In this document: one piece after another, positions 63,141 to 64,000 of the stretch
Layout: each line of letters starts with the position of its first letter
Position numbering within the stretch: position 1 is the stretch's first letter
The notes under the pieces: generated by a model
Database searches by the model: none
What the model saw: the letters and a program-made list of their open reading frames with translations, nothing else
What the model was told of the DNA's origin: nothing
Made by a program: the position numbers and the translations under genes
NCBI RefSeq assembly: GCF_001194135.2
Contig: NC_068987.1
Coordinates: 29,954,091-30,018,090 of the forward strand
DNA length: 64,000 nt
Direction of reading: 5' to 3'
DNA from: Octopus bimaculoides
Taxonomy: Eukaryota

Positions 63141-63690
63141 CAATGTTAATTTTTACTTTACTCTTCTACCTGCCCAAAGTTGATCATGACTTGCTTTTAT
63201 GCATTTATATATACATATTTTTATCTAGTTTGTTTTTATGTCATCTGTTAACCATTAACCAACCATAAGCTTTCAAAAAAGCTTTAACCATTAACCAACC
63301 ATAGGCTTTCAAAAAAAATAGCTGACCAATTAGGTTATGGGACTGACCATAACCCCTTCCCAGCTACACACAGGGATTCAGTGACTTGTTAATCAGAAAA
63401 ATAACGGAAACTAATGCAGTATCTTGGTCACTACCTGGAGCTTTACTATCTTTGGTACCAACTGCTATCATAACTATTAATATAAACTTTCACCTCTGTA
63501 ATGTGGACCACACTCTTAAACTCCCAACTATAGACATACCGTATATTTACATTTATATGTAAGCAAAATATGAACCACTGCATCAATTCACCCTTCCTAA
63601 AAAAGCTCATACTAAAAATAACTATACCCTTCGATCCACCACTAGTTATGAAAACATAAATATTGGAAGGCAACGCATGAAATATATATG
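63141..63690 (-). repeat. Right arm of the inverted duplication, with a private ~36-bp tandem duplication near 63248-63320
   Basis: See left arm. Confidence 0.9.
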
Positions 63691-64000
63691 AGGCTATGTA
63701 TATATATATATATGTAGAACGACCATGCGAACCAAAGGAGAAATGGTGACGAATGGAAACAGGCTCCTTTTAACACGTTGCACGGTCGACACAAAATATA
63801 TATGATATATGTTATAATACTATAACATAGAGAACTGTGAAGTTTGCCAGCAAGGAACAGATAGAAATGCAACCGATAAAGATGAATAACAGTAAGATTT
63901 ATTGGAGCATTAAACTGTATGTCTGTGTGTGGGTGAATGCGACATAATAAAACACAATATAAGACAGGCCGTCATGTAAACAAGAGTGTGTATACAAATA

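Noticed and set aside
1-64000. CRISPR arrays, rRNA genes or prokaryotic operons
   Set aside because: None seen. No repeat-spacer periodicity with unique spacers, and the sequence is eukaryotic.

Overview
Repeat-rich, AT-rich eukaryotic DNA with (TA)n/(CA)n/(TAA)n microsatellites and several N gaps. The repeat families look like a coleoid cephalopod, probably Octopus (inferred from memory of these families, not tested). One spliced protein-coding gene can be built on the + strand from five phase-compatible exons (3470-3684, 5321-6503, 7896-7943, 19107-19193, 25864-26021; 563 open codons; 5' and 3' ends not found). It encodes an unidentified single-pass membrane protein with an RHRR furin-type site, a long Gln/Asn-rich luminal region and a C-terminal TM helix. 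There is one intact tRNA-Arg(CCT) gene (44347-44419, -) with a Pol III terminator. The rest is mostly mobile-element debris: Tigger, mariner and DD37D transposase pseudogenes; piggyBac-, hAT- and Tc1-type MITEs; RTE and R4/Dong-like LINE fragments; and at least five SINE-like families (my labels A-G). The most notable signal is a set of minimal type-I hammerhead ribozyme motifs with palindromic helix III. They belong to three unrelated sequence families: two Penelope-like termini and one fully palindromic TA-flanked MITE-like element. Also notable are (TAA)n-targeted retroposition, inverted SINE pairs that could form dsRNA or drive back-splicing, and an unclassified ~530-bp inverted duplication at the window end. 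No CRISPR, rRNA or prokaryotic features were seen. Repeat boundaries are approximate, by eye.
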